Shown here: positions 1 through 9,196 of the stretch, in pieces
Position numbering within the stretch: the stretch's first letter is position 1
Layout: the number at the start of each line of letters is the position of its first letter
Assembly (NCBI GenBank): GCA_964228815.1
Contig: CAXRAL010000046.1
Coordinates: 1 to 62,227, forward strand
Reading direction: 5' to 3'
DNA from: Candidatus Poseidoniaceae archaeon
Lineage (GTDB): Archaea; Thermoplasmatota; Poseidoniia; Poseidoniales; Poseidoniaceae
Length of the DNA: 62,227 bases
Made by a program: the position numbers and the translations under genes
Notes under the pieces: generated by a model
The model's database searches: none
What the model saw: the letters and a program-made list of their open reading frames with translations, nothing else
Told to the model about the DNA's origin: nothing

Positions 1-87
1 GAATTCGGGGCGCTGCACGGGTGTTTCTGAACGGGTCATCGTCCAGAAGGTCCGCACGTGCGTCCCGTTTCCCCATGCTAAGTCCAT
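1..87 (-). CDS. Probable 5' end of a gene truncated by the window edge
   Basis: ATG at 87 reads open (MDLAWGNGTHVRTFWTMTRSETPVQRPEF) off the left edge, divergent from 158..862; start and product uncertain. Confidence 0.3.
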   Translation of the reverse strand, partial: MDLAWGNGTHVRTFWTMTRSETPVQRPEF

Positions 88-157
88 GGACGGGTTCACT
101 TTGAATGCTCGTGTCCAAGGATTCATGACCCTGAGGCCCATGCCAAAGTGAACGCTC

Positions 158-862
158 ATGTCCATGCCTCGCAAAGCCATGCAGGAACTCGGGTTCCAGG
201 CATGTTGTTTGCGATGCGATGCGCCGGACGAAGCAGGCACCTCACGTTGTTCGCCGTGCATCCAACATCACCGTTCAATTCGCGAGGTCATCGCCGCAGC
301 TCCTGCAGACGATCCCCTCTACCAGCTGGCCAAGGAATTGATGGCCATGGCGGCCGAACCGCACCGGTACGACCACGACGAGGTGCACGGCGCTTCACTC
401 CTCCAGCAGCAACGCTTGGCAGCAGCACTCGTTGATGCCCCAGCCAAACCGGACGGTTTGTCGGTCGCTGAACTCTTTGACCAACAACGGTCAAGTTCCA
501 AAGTCAACGCGCTACGCGACATCGGAAATCAGAATCCTTGGAAAGACGCACCAATGGAAGCGAAACAAGCACAAGAAATGGCAAAAACCACATGGGCAAT
601 TGAAGAACAGGAGGCAGTCCACTACGGTGCAAGAACCATCCCCAGTCAACCGATTCAGCGGGTGGACCGTAGTGAGCGAATTGGAGAGGATACCACCCTC
701 ACTGACCGAGTTCACGCCGCCGCCTCACAGACCAGTTTAGACGAAGACACTGCGAAAATTTTCGAAGACATCGAATTCAATCAACGCCAAGCCGAACGAA
801 AGGCGTTGAAGTCGGCGATGGACGATGTCAAAACGCTCGTGGACGATGATTTGGAATTCTGA
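158..862 (+). CDS. Hypothetical protein with N-terminal Cys4 zinc-binding motif
   Basis: 234-aa ORF; CCLRC-x10-CSPC near the N-terminus; helical charged remainder. Confidence 0.7.
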   Translation: MSMPRKAMQELGFQACCLRCDAPDEAGTSRCSPCIQHHRSIREVIAAAPADDPLYQLAKELMAMAAEPHRYDHDEVHGASLLQQQRLAAALVDAPAKPDGLSVAELFDQQRSSSKVNALRDIGNQNPWKDAPMEAKQAQEMAKTTWAIEEQEAVHYGARTIPSQPIQRVDRSERIGEDTTLTDRVHAAASQTSLDEDTAKIFEDIEFNQRQAERKALKSAMDDVKTLVDDDLEF

Positions 863-1624
863 TCACATCACGATGTTGGAATGGGTTCGTGGTTGAGTGG
901 GTGCTTCAAGTGTGTAACTGAACCGTTGGGTGCCTTTGCCTTTGGACTTCTTTCCAAGGAACTCAACGTGGCCCAATTCACCGATGTTGCTCACGTGCGT
1001 TCCAGCACAAGGGCACATGTCCACCCGGTTGCCAATCTGTACGATGCGGAGCGACGAAACGCTGGCAGGAAGCAAGTCCATGTTGGTACGGTCAGCGGGC
1101 ATGATGGCGTTGATCTCGTCTCGGGTCATCACAGCGTCCGTAACTTCCAGGCACTGATCGATACGGTCGTTTGCAGCAGCGACCAAGTCGCTGAGCATGG
1201 TTTCATCAAATGAAATGGGATTGAAGTCGATTCGAGAGCGGTCGGCATGGATTTGATTGCCAACCGTTCGAACACCGTCGAACATTTCGTAGGCCAGTCC
1301 GCTCATGAGGTGTTGAGCTGTGTGCATCCGCATGTGTTCGTATCGAGTCGTCCAGTCGATGGTCCCACGAACCTCATCCCCAACCTGCAATTGATGGTCG
1401 TCTGCAACGGTGTGCGATACATCCCCACGGCCACGAACTTCGGAAACATGCACGTCACCGTTGGGACCTGAAAGCACGCCAGTGTCCCAATGTTGGCCAC
1501 CACCAAGTGGATAGAAGAGGGTGCGGTCAAGAATAACGGTGTTGCCGTCAACCGCCGTAATTCGTGCATCAAACTGCCGTGCGTAAGCAGCTTCGATGCT
1601 CTCAAGGTAGAGTTTGACTGTCAT
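863..1624 (-). CDS. alaX: Alanyl-tRNA editing protein (AlaX family)
   Basis: TLFYPLGGGQ, HTAQH (HxxxH) and CAGTH (CxGxH) zinc-binding editing motifs. Confidence 0.9.
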   Translation of the reverse strand: MTVKLYLESIEAAYARQFDARITAVDGNTVILDRTLFYPLGGGQHWDTGVLSGPNGDVHVSEVRGRGDVSHTVADDHQLQVGDEVRGTIDWTTRYEHMRMHTAQHLMSGLAYEMFDGVRTVGNQIHADRSRIDFNPISFDETMLSDLVAAANDRIDQCLEVTDAVMTRDEINAIMPADRTNMDLLPASVSSLRIVQIGNRVDMCPCAGTHVSNIGELGHVEFLGKKSKGKGTQRFSYTLEAPTQPRTHSNIVM

Positions 1625-1674
1625 GGTTGTGGGACGGTTGGGATGTTGATGAGATTAACCATCAAGGAGGTTGT

Positions 1675-2745
1675 TCACGAGACGGCGGGCTTCGCTTCAC
1701 GAAGCGCCAACTGTTTCTTCAGTTCACGGAAGCTGATCATGCGACCGTTGACCTCGTCCCAAAGTCGAAGTTGGATGGATTTGAGACTGTTGAAGAATCG
1801 GAGTTCTGGGGCATCCTGGAAGAAAGGATGTGAGTGGTGGCAGTGCTCGAGGTTGTAGTTGGGAATTCGGGGGTTCAGGTGGTGAATGTGGTGGTAGCCG
1901 ATGTTCCCAGAAAACCACTGAAGAATCTTGGGGAGGTTGTAGTAACTGCTTCCGGCCATGGCAGCGGTCGTGTAGTCCCAATCCTCGCTGGTGGCCCAAT
2001 ACGTGTCCTCAAACTGGTGTTGGACGTAAAAGAGCCAGAGACCAAAGAGTGAAGCGATGGACATCATGGTCAACTGAATGACAAGCCACGGAAGGAAGCC
2101 AAAAATCATGCTCATGCCGACGCACCATCCAATCAAGGCGGCGTTCATGACATACACAGACTGCCGCTCTCGACCCTTTGATTTGGAGTGAGAAAAGCGC
2201 TGCAGGATGATGAACAACACCAGAGGACCGAACACAAAGAGAATGATGGGGTTTCGAATGAATCGATAACTGAGCTGAAGTCGGCGAGAACCTGATACAT
2301 ATTCTTCGACGGTAAGGGTCCAGATGTCGCCAATCCCGCGACGGTCAAGGTCGCCGTTGGTAGCGTGATGTCGAGCGTGCTCCCAACTCCACATTCGGTA
2401 AGGCGTAAACGTCAGCAGACCGGTAATGAACCCAACAACGCTGTTCGCACGCTTGGATTTGAAGAATGAGCCGTGTCCGCAGTCGTGGAAGATGATGAAT
2501 GTACGAACGAGGAACAAGCCGCCGAGCAAAGCAAGCGGAATGCAGTACAGCAAGGAGATGTCTTTGAGGAAGTAGCAGGCCACCCAAATGACTGCAATGG
2601 GAACCAACGTGTTGATGATTTGCCAAACCGCTTTGCCCACGTGCGGCTGTTGGAAATCAGCGATCAGTTTCTTCCACTCTTTGTTGGCGGAGGCCGTACT
2701 CTTTTGAGACGGTGCTTGCGATTCATGTGTGAGGTTGATGCCCAT
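1675..2745 (-). CDS. Membrane fatty-acid desaturase (Des/delta-12-like)
   Basis: His boxes HDCGH, HARHH, HHIHH plus YVQHQF; TM segments; start taken at ATG 2745 after GGTGA (ORF open to 2784). Confidence 0.9.
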   Translation of the reverse strand: MGINLTHESQAPSQKSTASANKEWKKLIADFQQPHVGKAVWQIINTLVPIAVIWVACYFLKDISLLYCIPLALLGGLFLVRTFIIFHDCGHGSFFKSKRANSVVGFITGLLTFTPYRMWSWEHARHHATNGDLDRRGIGDIWTLTVEEYVSGSRRLQLSYRFIRNPIILFVFGPLVLFIILQRFSHSKSKGRERQSVYVMNAALIGWCVGMSMIFGFLPWLVIQLTMMSIASLFGLWLFYVQHQFEDTYWATSEDWDYTTAAMAGSSYYNLPKILQWFSGNIGYHHIHHLNPRIPNYNLEHCHHSHPFFQDAPELRFFNSLKSIQLRLWDEVNGRMISFRELKKQLALREAKPAVS

Positions 2746-2834
2746 CTTCATCACCAACGCCGAGGCGTTCTTATCATTGGCCAAGGCGTTGAGCCTAAGA
2801 AAGTGGTGTTTTAATCCACACCAAATGTCCGAAT

Positions 2835-3554
2835 TTAAACGAATTCGGTGAGGAAGTCACGCACCCGTGACATCACGCTATCAAGCGAAAGTTCTGATTT
2901 CTTGGAAGGAAGGTGAACGCGGCATTGTTCCAGGTACCCGCGTTGGGGCACCCACGAACTTGATGTTGACCACCACAATTCCGTCATCCCGTCCCCACGG
3001 GCAAGCATGATGTCAGCTCCTGTTACTGCATCAGCATCCACAGACAACACCGTTCCACCGAACCATTCAGTTGTCTCAGGTGATGGAAATTCTGATGGGG
3101 GAGACGGAGATAGATGATGTGATCGACCTCCTGGTGCGCCGGTTTGGCCGGGCATGAGAACAACCCGATCGGCAACCATGTGAGTGGGTGTCGTTCGCTC
3201 GGATGACGTCAGTTCGAGAATGTATGTTTCGTCGTGCTCCGTGCACGATTGAATTCGAGTGCGAGTGAAGAACGACACATGTTGACGAGCGGCAACGGCA
3301 GCGAAATGTTTCATCACCCAGTCCCATCGACAACCCCAACCGTCTTCGTTTTCTTTCAGTTCAAGAAATGAAATTTGGTCAGTGGTGAGGTAATGTTGGA
3401 GTTCTGAAGGATTGATGATTCGGCCTGGATGCTGAACGGGGAGGCCTATTTCAGCTTCGAGTTCAATGATTGTGACGTCGTGTTGAGAAGTCAATTCGAT
3501 GGATAGAAGCAAGGCTTCAATCGAGCCACCTATCAATACAACACGCACAATCAT
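2835..3554 (-). CDS. Degenerate FAD-binding protein, geranylgeranyl-reductase-like N-terminus
   Basis: VVLIGGSIEAL...VTIIELEAEIGLPVQHPG resembles the Rossmann + EIGxPV motif of GGR-family flavoproteins, but GxGxxG is degenerate and the protein is only 239 aa. Confidence 0.5.
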   Translation of the reverse strand: MIVRVVLIGGSIEALLLSIELTSQHDVTIIELEAEIGLPVQHPGRIINPSELQHYLTTDQISFLELKENEDGWGCRWDWVMKHFAAVAARQHVSFFTRTRIQSCTEHDETYILELTSSERTTPTHMVADRVVLMPGQTGAPGGRSHHLSPSPPSEFPSPETTEWFGGTVLSVDADAVTGADIMLARGDGMTELWWSTSSSWVPQRGYLEQCRVHLPSKKSELSLDSVMSRVRDFLTEFV

Positions 3555-3754
3555 CCCTCAATCGGTGAAATGTCCAATGCAAAAACAGGACACGATGGAA
3601 GACAGAGACGACAGTGGGTACAATTTGGCTCATCAACGTAAATCATACGGTTGGTCAAGGTGAGCACTTGCACTGGACATAAGGCAATGCATGCTCCACA
3701 ACCAAAACAACGATCTTCGTCGATGACGAATTCGTGCGATGGAATTCGTCCCAT
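3551..3754 (-). CDS. 2x[4Fe-4S] ferredoxin
   Basis: CFGCGACIALCP and CTHCRLCLPSCP; likely start ATG 3754; 4-nt overlap with the downstream gene. Confidence 0.9.
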   Translation of the reverse strand: MGRIPSHEFVIDEDRCFGCGACIALCPVQVLTLTNRMIYVDEPNCTHCRLCLPSCPVFALDISPIEG

Positions 3755-3792
3755 GACCGGTGGAAGGATTCGTGGTTCATGGCCTCTTCGTT

Positions 3793-4034
3793 CTCCTTTG
3801 GAAACAAAATAGGAAATTTTTTGGAGAAGAGAAGCAGACAATGATGGACCCCCTCATTTCCACTGGAATATAATCGTCGTATCACCAGCGTGATCGAAAA
3901 ATCGGGAATGGTAATGTGAATCGAAAAAAACCCGTGGAGTATGCTCGCGAGTAGTTAATCAATATTGGGAATTTAATGCATGAAGATTTCAGATCAACTA
4001 CACGGAGAATGACCTCCAGTGGAAATCAAGGGGT
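3793..4034. other. Candidate archaeal replication origin (ORB elements plus AT-rich spacer)
   Basis: TTCCAGTGGAAATGAGGGGGT (- strand, 3848-3868) and CTCCAGTGGAAATCAAGGGGT (+ strand, 4014-4034) match at 18/21 and fit the archaeal ORB pattern with G-string; weaker copy at 3793-3813; AT-rich DNA between. Confidence 0.75.
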
Positions 4035-4075
4035 GAGACCCACATCTTCATGCAGAAGCAATGTTTGGTTCGTGC

Positions 4076-5389
4076 ATGGTCCTCTATTCACCTGGGCGAA
4101 CTTCAACCTACCCAATTGAACCTCCAGTCTCAGGTCTTCGTTTCCACTATCTAGGTGGTGGAGATGAAGTTGGCAACGTTGGTATTGTCCTTGAGGATGC
4201 ACAAGGCACTCGCTTACTTCTCGACTACGGTATAGCACCTACATCACCCCCTCGCTACCCAAAAGAAGCGCCTGTAGTTCACGATGCTGTGATCACGCAT
4301 TCGCACATTGACCATCTCGGTATGGCGCCCTGGTTATGCGCTCATCACCGAACTCGACTTCACGGCACCATCATCACGTCAGAACTGTCTGATATGATGT
4401 GGCGTGACTGTTACAAAGTGAGCTCCATTGAACGTTACCCGTTGGCTTGGGATAAGCGCGACATTGACACGGCGCTGGACTCATGGTACGTTCATGATTT
4501 TGGTGTACCATGGACCCATCACAACTGGGAACTTACCTTGCACCCAGCTGGCCACATTCCTGGTGCTGCCATGCTTCACATCACCACCCCAGAAACCAGC
4601 GTTTTGCTGACCGGCGATTTTGACACTCGAGATTCTTCGTTGGTCAGCGGTGCTCAACCCGTTCAAGCGGATATTTTGTTCGTCGAAGGAACATATGGGG
4701 GTCGAGATCATCCACCAAAACAGGAGGAAATTAACCGATTCATCTCGTCCGTTGAAGCGGTTGTGAAACGAGGCGGAACCGTTCTCATTCCAGCGTTTGC
4801 CAATGGAAGAACCCAGGATGTGGTCATGATGCTCCATGAGCATTTACCACGGCTCAACGTTCACGTAGATGGGATGGGGAAGCGCGTCGCAAAAACCCAC
4901 CTCAATCACCCTCAGCTTCTCAGGGATGCATCAGCGCTCGAACGTGCTTGGCGATGGGCAAAACAAGTCTCGAGTAAATCTGATCGAAAGAAAGCACTTG
5001 CTGCTGATGTCATCGTAACAACGTCTGGTATGCTGGAAGGTGGGCCGGCTCTTTGGTACCTGAATCGTCTTCGACACGATCAGAAAAATGCCATCTTCTT
5101 CACGGGCTATCAAGCACGTGATACCGGTGGACGAAACCTCTTGGAAACCGGTACCATCAGCATTTACGGACAGCAAGCCCATGTTTCTCTTGACATGGAA
5201 CAGTTTTCCTTCTCAACGCATGCAGGTCATCAAGAAATTCTTGACTTCGCGAAAGCCTGCCAAGCAAAGCATGTCGTCGTGTACCATACCGACCCCACCC
5301 ACGCTCGACCACCTTTGGTTGAAGCGCTTGTTGAACAAGGTCACACCGTTCACGAACCAAAAAACGGTGAGTCGTACGTGATCGATTAA
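4076..5389 (+). CDS. Metallo-beta-lactamase/beta-CASP ribonuclease (aCPSF2-like, no KH domains)
   Basis: LGGGDEVG, HSHIDH, AGHIPG, TGDF, EGTYG, FSTHAGH motifs; start 4076 or 4061. Confidence 0.88.
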   Translation: MVLYSPGRTSTYPIEPPVSGLRFHYLGGGDEVGNVGIVLEDAQGTRLLLDYGIAPTSPPRYPKEAPVVHDAVITHSHIDHLGMAPWLCAHHRTRLHGTIITSELSDMMWRDCYKVSSIERYPLAWDKRDIDTALDSWYVHDFGVPWTHHNWELTLHPAGHIPGAAMLHITTPETSVLLTGDFDTRDSSLVSGAQPVQADILFVEGTYGGRDHPPKQEEINRFISSVEAVVKRGGTVLIPAFANGRTQDVVMMLHEHLPRLNVHVDGMGKRVAKTHLNHPQLLRDASALERAWRWAKQVSSKSDRKKALAADVIVTTSGMLEGGPALWYLNRLRHDQKNAIFFTGYQARDTGGRNLLETGTISIYGQQAHVSLDMEQFSFSTHAGHQEILDFAKACQAKHVVVYHTDPTHARPPLVEALVEQGHTVHEPKNGESYVID

Positions 5390-5477
5390 CACGCGAATCT
5401 ACGGTTTCATTCCATGAACAATGCCCGGCGAAGCGAAGTCATTGAATACATCAACACCTAGCGAAGCCTTGAGTCCC

Positions 5478-5768
5478 ATGGCTGCAAAGACCCCCGGTAA
5501 GAAAAAAGGCAAGCGCAAGCGAAAGATGCGACTGTCCTTGAAGCAGTCAAAAATGAACACCGCCTCGGACAAGTACTCCGATTCGCTCGGATGGTCGACC
5601 GATGTTGGACGAACCTTGGGTGATGCACCCAAACCAACCGGCCCACAAACCATCAAGGTGCAATGCGAAATGTGCGGTTCAATGTTGAAGATTCCAAAAC
5701 CAAAACGATCTCGTTATTCCGTGTCGTGCACGTATCCTGAATGTGGCCACGTCATGCAGTTTGATTGA
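5478..5768 (+). CDS. Small basic zinc-ribbon protein
   Basis: Lys-rich N-terminus; CEMC...CTYPEC; likely start ATG 5478. Confidence 0.7.
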   Translation: MAAKTPGKKKGKRKRKMRLSLKQSKMNTASDKYSDSLGWSTDVGRTLGDAPKPTGPQTIKVQCEMCGSMLKIPKPKRSRYSVSCTYPECGHVMQFD

Positions 5769-5769
5769 G

Positions 5770-6576
5770 ATGCGCCTGGCCTTGGTCGTCTTGACGACCC
5801 TTCTCGTACCGCTTGCTGGGTGCGTTGATTCGCCAGCAGAGGCAGACTCTTTTCGTCTTGGTACCACCACCTCCATGCGCGATTCAGGGTTGCTCGATGT
5901 TCTGATTGAGGACTTTGAACGTCTTCATGACATCGACGTGGAATACGTGGCGGTGGGTACAGGCGCCGCCCTTGAGTTGGGTCGAAACGGTGATGTGGAT
6001 GCGCTGATCGTCCACGCACCGGATCAAGAAGCGGAATTCATCGAAGAGGGGTTCGCCGATGAACGGGTCCCCATCGCTCGCAATGCGTTCGTTCTTCTCG
6101 GTCCGAGCACATGGAACGCCTCAATTTTTGAAGCCTTTACGTCCATTCTCGAGGACGAGACATGCTTCATTTCTCGCGGCGACAATTCAGGAACACATGC
6201 AAAAGAGCAGGCTATCTGGCGACATATCAACCAAACTCAAGGCGTTGAGATGGTTGAGGACTCAAACGGATACCATCCTTCCGGTGACTGGTATTTCTCC
6301 ATCGGCCAAGGCATGGGAGCGGCCATCAACATGGCCGATGAGAAGAACTGTGCAACGTTTTCAGACCGTGGAACGGCCCTCCAGTTTCAATCAAACATTG
6401 ACCTCGTGCGGACAGAATTTTCCGATTCGATCGCTGACAATCCGTACGCTTACTTGGTGATTCAACCGGGGAATGCCACGGCCGGCCATACGTTTGAATC
6501 CTATCTGCTCAACGAAGGGCGACTTCTCATTGCAAACTACACCATCAACGGCGAACATCCGTTTTTTGTGGATTAG
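5770..6576 (+). CDS. tupA: Tungstate ABC transporter substrate-binding protein
   Basis: TTTSMRDSGLL, AVGTGAAL, VHAP, FISRGDNSGTHAKE motifs; lipobox-like LAGC. Confidence 0.88.
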   Translation: MRLALVVLTTLLVPLAGCVDSPAEADSFRLGTTTSMRDSGLLDVLIEDFERLHDIDVEYVAVGTGAALELGRNGDVDALIVHAPDQEAEFIEEGFADERVPIARNAFVLLGPSTWNASIFEAFTSILEDETCFISRGDNSGTHAKEQAIWRHINQTQGVEMVEDSNGYHPSGDWYFSIGQGMGAAINMADEKNCATFSDRGTALQFQSNIDLVRTEFSDSIADNPYAYLVIQPGNATAGHTFESYLLNEGRLLIANYTINGEHPFFVD

Positions 6577-7904
6577 GGAGTGTACCACTCACCCTTCAAC
6601 AGGGATCTTGCGAACGGATCATCCTCATCCAATCTCCGTCCTTCATGGAGCACCATGGTTCTGTCAGCCATGCGTTGAGCTTGCGGAATGTTGTGCGTCA
6701 CCATCACAATGCAGGCGCCACCATCACGCAGACGCATCAACTCTTTTTCGATGGTTTGAATGTGGAGCCAGCCGAGGTTCGAGGTACATTCATCGAGGAG
6801 CAAAAGCGACGGCGCGAAGGAGAGTTGTCGAGCGAGCACCAAACGTTGCCGTTCACCGCCCGACAAATCCAACGTGGACTGTCCAGCCATCTCGCCCAGT
6901 TGGAACACATCACCGTAGCCTTGACCACTCGGAGATAACGTTGGGAACAATCGATGGGGGAGCATCAGCTCGGAAGCCACTGACGCCGTCAGTGCCACCG
7001 GTTCTTGTTGGACGTAGATGCAGGCTTGAGGCCCACACGCGACGTCATCGCCTTCCAGGCCGGCCAAGGCTCGAAGCAAGGTGGTTTTTCCAGCCCCTGA
7101 TTCACCGACGATGGCGGTGATGGTTCCCGGTTTGAGTTCGACTTCCACATCATCCACCACCGCTCGTCCCGATTTGACAACCGAAATCGTTCGAATCTTC
7201 GGCCCCTTGAAAGGGGTTGGTGCAGGCAACGTTTCCCCTTGCAATTCCTCTGTGGTTCGTTTTTGGCGCGTTCGTACCATGGACGCCAACCCCACCAACG
7301 CCAGCGAAAGAAGCAGCAACAGCAAACCAAGAACAGCCGCTTGCTCCATGTTGCCTTTGGACGTTTCAAGGACGATGCTCGTGGTCATCACGCGTGTTTT
7401 TCCAGCGATGTTCCCACCGACCATGATGACCGCGCCAACCTCGGCAATGGCTCGGCCAAAGGCAATGACGACGGCATGATACACGCCGTTACTCGCCAGT
7501 CGGATTTCCATTACCAGCCGCTGCCGTTGACCAATACCGAGCGTTGCCAACGTATCGCTGTAGGCTTTGCCAACCCCTTCGAACGCCGTCCACGATCCAC
7601 CCCACACCAACGGCAGAATCAAACACGTCTGGGCGAAGATCATCGCTTCAACGGTGAACAGTAAATCCAGCGAACCCAACGCTCCAGATTTTGAAAACAA
7701 AGAATACACGAAGACACCCACCACCACCGGCGGCAGGCCATACAGTGCTGTGATCAACGTCTTCAGCCGATGGAACGACGTTCTCTGCTGTCTCGCACAC
7801 CATGCGCCTAAGGGTACGCCGATAAGCATGGCCAGCACGGTCGCCGTTCCACTGGTAAGAAAGGTGGTTTGAACGGCCTGAGAAAGCGACGACCCGTCAA
7901 CCAT
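6573..7904 (-). CDS. Fused tungstate ABC permease (TupB-like) and ATPase (TupC-like)
   Basis: N-half: GLPPVVVG, FGRAIAEVGAVIMVGGNI, TRVMTTSIVLET; C-half: GESGAGKTT, LSGGERQR, LLLDE, VTH in one ORF. Confidence 0.85.
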   Translation of the reverse strand: MVDGSSLSQAVQTTFLTSGTATVLAMLIGVPLGAWCARQQRTSFHRLKTLITALYGLPPVVVGVFVYSLFSKSGALGSLDLLFTVEAMIFAQTCLILPLVWGGSWTAFEGVGKAYSDTLATLGIGQRQRLVMEIRLASNGVYHAVVIAFGRAIAEVGAVIMVGGNIAGKTRVMTTSIVLETSKGNMEQAAVLGLLLLLLSLALVGLASMVRTRQKRTTEELQGETLPAPTPFKGPKIRTISVVKSGRAVVDDVEVELKPGTITAIVGESGAGKTTLLRALAGLEGDDVACGPQACIYVQQEPVALTASVASELMLPHRLFPTLSPSGQGYGDVFQLGEMAGQSTLDLSGGERQRLVLARQLSFAPSLLLLDECTSNLGWLHIQTIEKELMRLRDGGACIVMVTHNIPQAQRMADRTMVLHEGRRLDEDDPFARSLLKGEWYTP

Positions 7905-7980
7905 GAAGGTGCATCGAACCCCCCACCATCATTCTACCGTTGACCCACAATCTCAAGCACAAGCCCCACTTGGAAGGGCC

Positions 7981-9186
7981 ATGGATGGGCGCCCATACTT
8001 CATCACGGTCGAAGAAGCGCAGACCATCACCTTCCAGACACCGCCTTCACTGAGCGTAGACACCATTCCCATTGATACCGGCTCCAACAGAGTACTGGCT
8101 GAGGACTTGCCCAGCCAAGTCAACGACCCGCCGTTCGACAACTCGGCCATGGACGGTTTTGCGTGTCGATTTGATCCCGAAGCCACGTACCCGTTGACCC
8201 TCGAAATCGTCGGGCTTCAAGCCGCTTCAGGCGTCAACGACGCCATCGATGTCAAGGCCGGCCAAGCAGTCCGTATCATGACCGGAGCGCCGATGTCTCC
8301 TGGCACCGATGCCATCCTTCCTATTGAGCGCTGCAATGTTGAAGGGAACCGCGTCACCTTCATGGAAGCGCCCAAACCACACTTCGTGCGAAAGATGGGT
8401 GAGAATCTCAAGAAAGGTGCCGTGGCGCTGACCAAAGGCATGCAACTGACTCCGTCCCGCATTGGGTTGTGTGCGACGATGGGCTACGCCACCGTTCCTG
8501 TGTATCGGCGTCTTCGCATCGGCATTGTTTCGACAGGAGACGAACTCAAGTCACCTGGCGAGTCGCTGAAGCACGGAGAAATCTACGAATCCAATTCGTT
8601 CGGTCTCGCAGGCCTTGTTGAGTGGTCCGGCCATGAACCCGTTCGCTTTCCCGCCGTCGCCGATTCCATGGAAGCCCTGCGCACGACCCTCAATGAGGCC
8701 AAAGCAACGTGCGATCTCATTCTCACCTCTGGCGGTGTCTCGATGGGTGAATTCGATTACGTCCGACGCTTGATGGAAGAAGAGGGCGATGTTCACTTCT
8801 GGCGGATGAAAATTCGACCGGGATCGCCCCCCCTGTTTGGCTTGTGGGGCGGCACCCCCCTGTTTGGCCTTCCAGGCAATCCCGTGTCGAGTCACGTTGT
8901 GTTTCGGATGCTCGTGGCTCCTTACCTTCGCCATGCCCTTGGGAGCGACGGCCCGAAAGAGTGGACGGTTCGCGCGAAATTGTGCGACCCAGTCAAGTCA
9001 ACCAACGATTGTGTCACCCTCCGGCGCGTTACGTTAACATCGACCGAAGAAGGCATGATGGCTCACCAACCTCGACATCAAGGTTCGGGAAATCTAGAGA
9101 GTCTTGCCAGTGCGAGCGGCTTAACCCTGCTTCAGCCCGGCCAATCGGGTGAGGCAGGCGAATGGATCGACGTGTTGGTCTTGTAG
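7981..9186 (+). CDS. moeA: Molybdopterin molybdo/tungsto-transferase
   Basis: PPFDNSAMDGFA, RIMTGAP, STGDEL, TSGGVSMG, GLPGNPVSS; start ATG 7981. Confidence 0.93.
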   Translation: MDGRPYFITVEEAQTITFQTPPSLSVDTIPIDTGSNRVLAEDLPSQVNDPPFDNSAMDGFACRFDPEATYPLTLEIVGLQAASGVNDAIDVKAGQAVRIMTGAPMSPGTDAILPIERCNVEGNRVTFMEAPKPHFVRKMGENLKKGAVALTKGMQLTPSRIGLCATMGYATVPVYRRLRIGIVSTGDELKSPGESLKHGEIYESNSFGLAGLVEWSGHEPVRFPAVADSMEALRTTLNEAKATCDLILTSGGVSMGEFDYVRRLMEEEGDVHFWRMKIRPGSPPLFGLWGGTPLFGLPGNPVSSHVVFRMLVAPYLRHALGSDGPKEWTVRAKLCDPVKSTNDCVTLRRVTLTSTEEGMMAHQPRHQGSGNLESLASASGLTLLQPGQSGEAGEWIDVLVL

Positions 9187-9196
9187 GTGATGCAAA

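Noticed and set aside
1-6. Window begins with GAATTC (EcoRI site), suggesting a clone end
   Set aside because: Many internal GAATTC sites occur and no vector sequence is visible; chance cannot be excluded and it carries no biological signal
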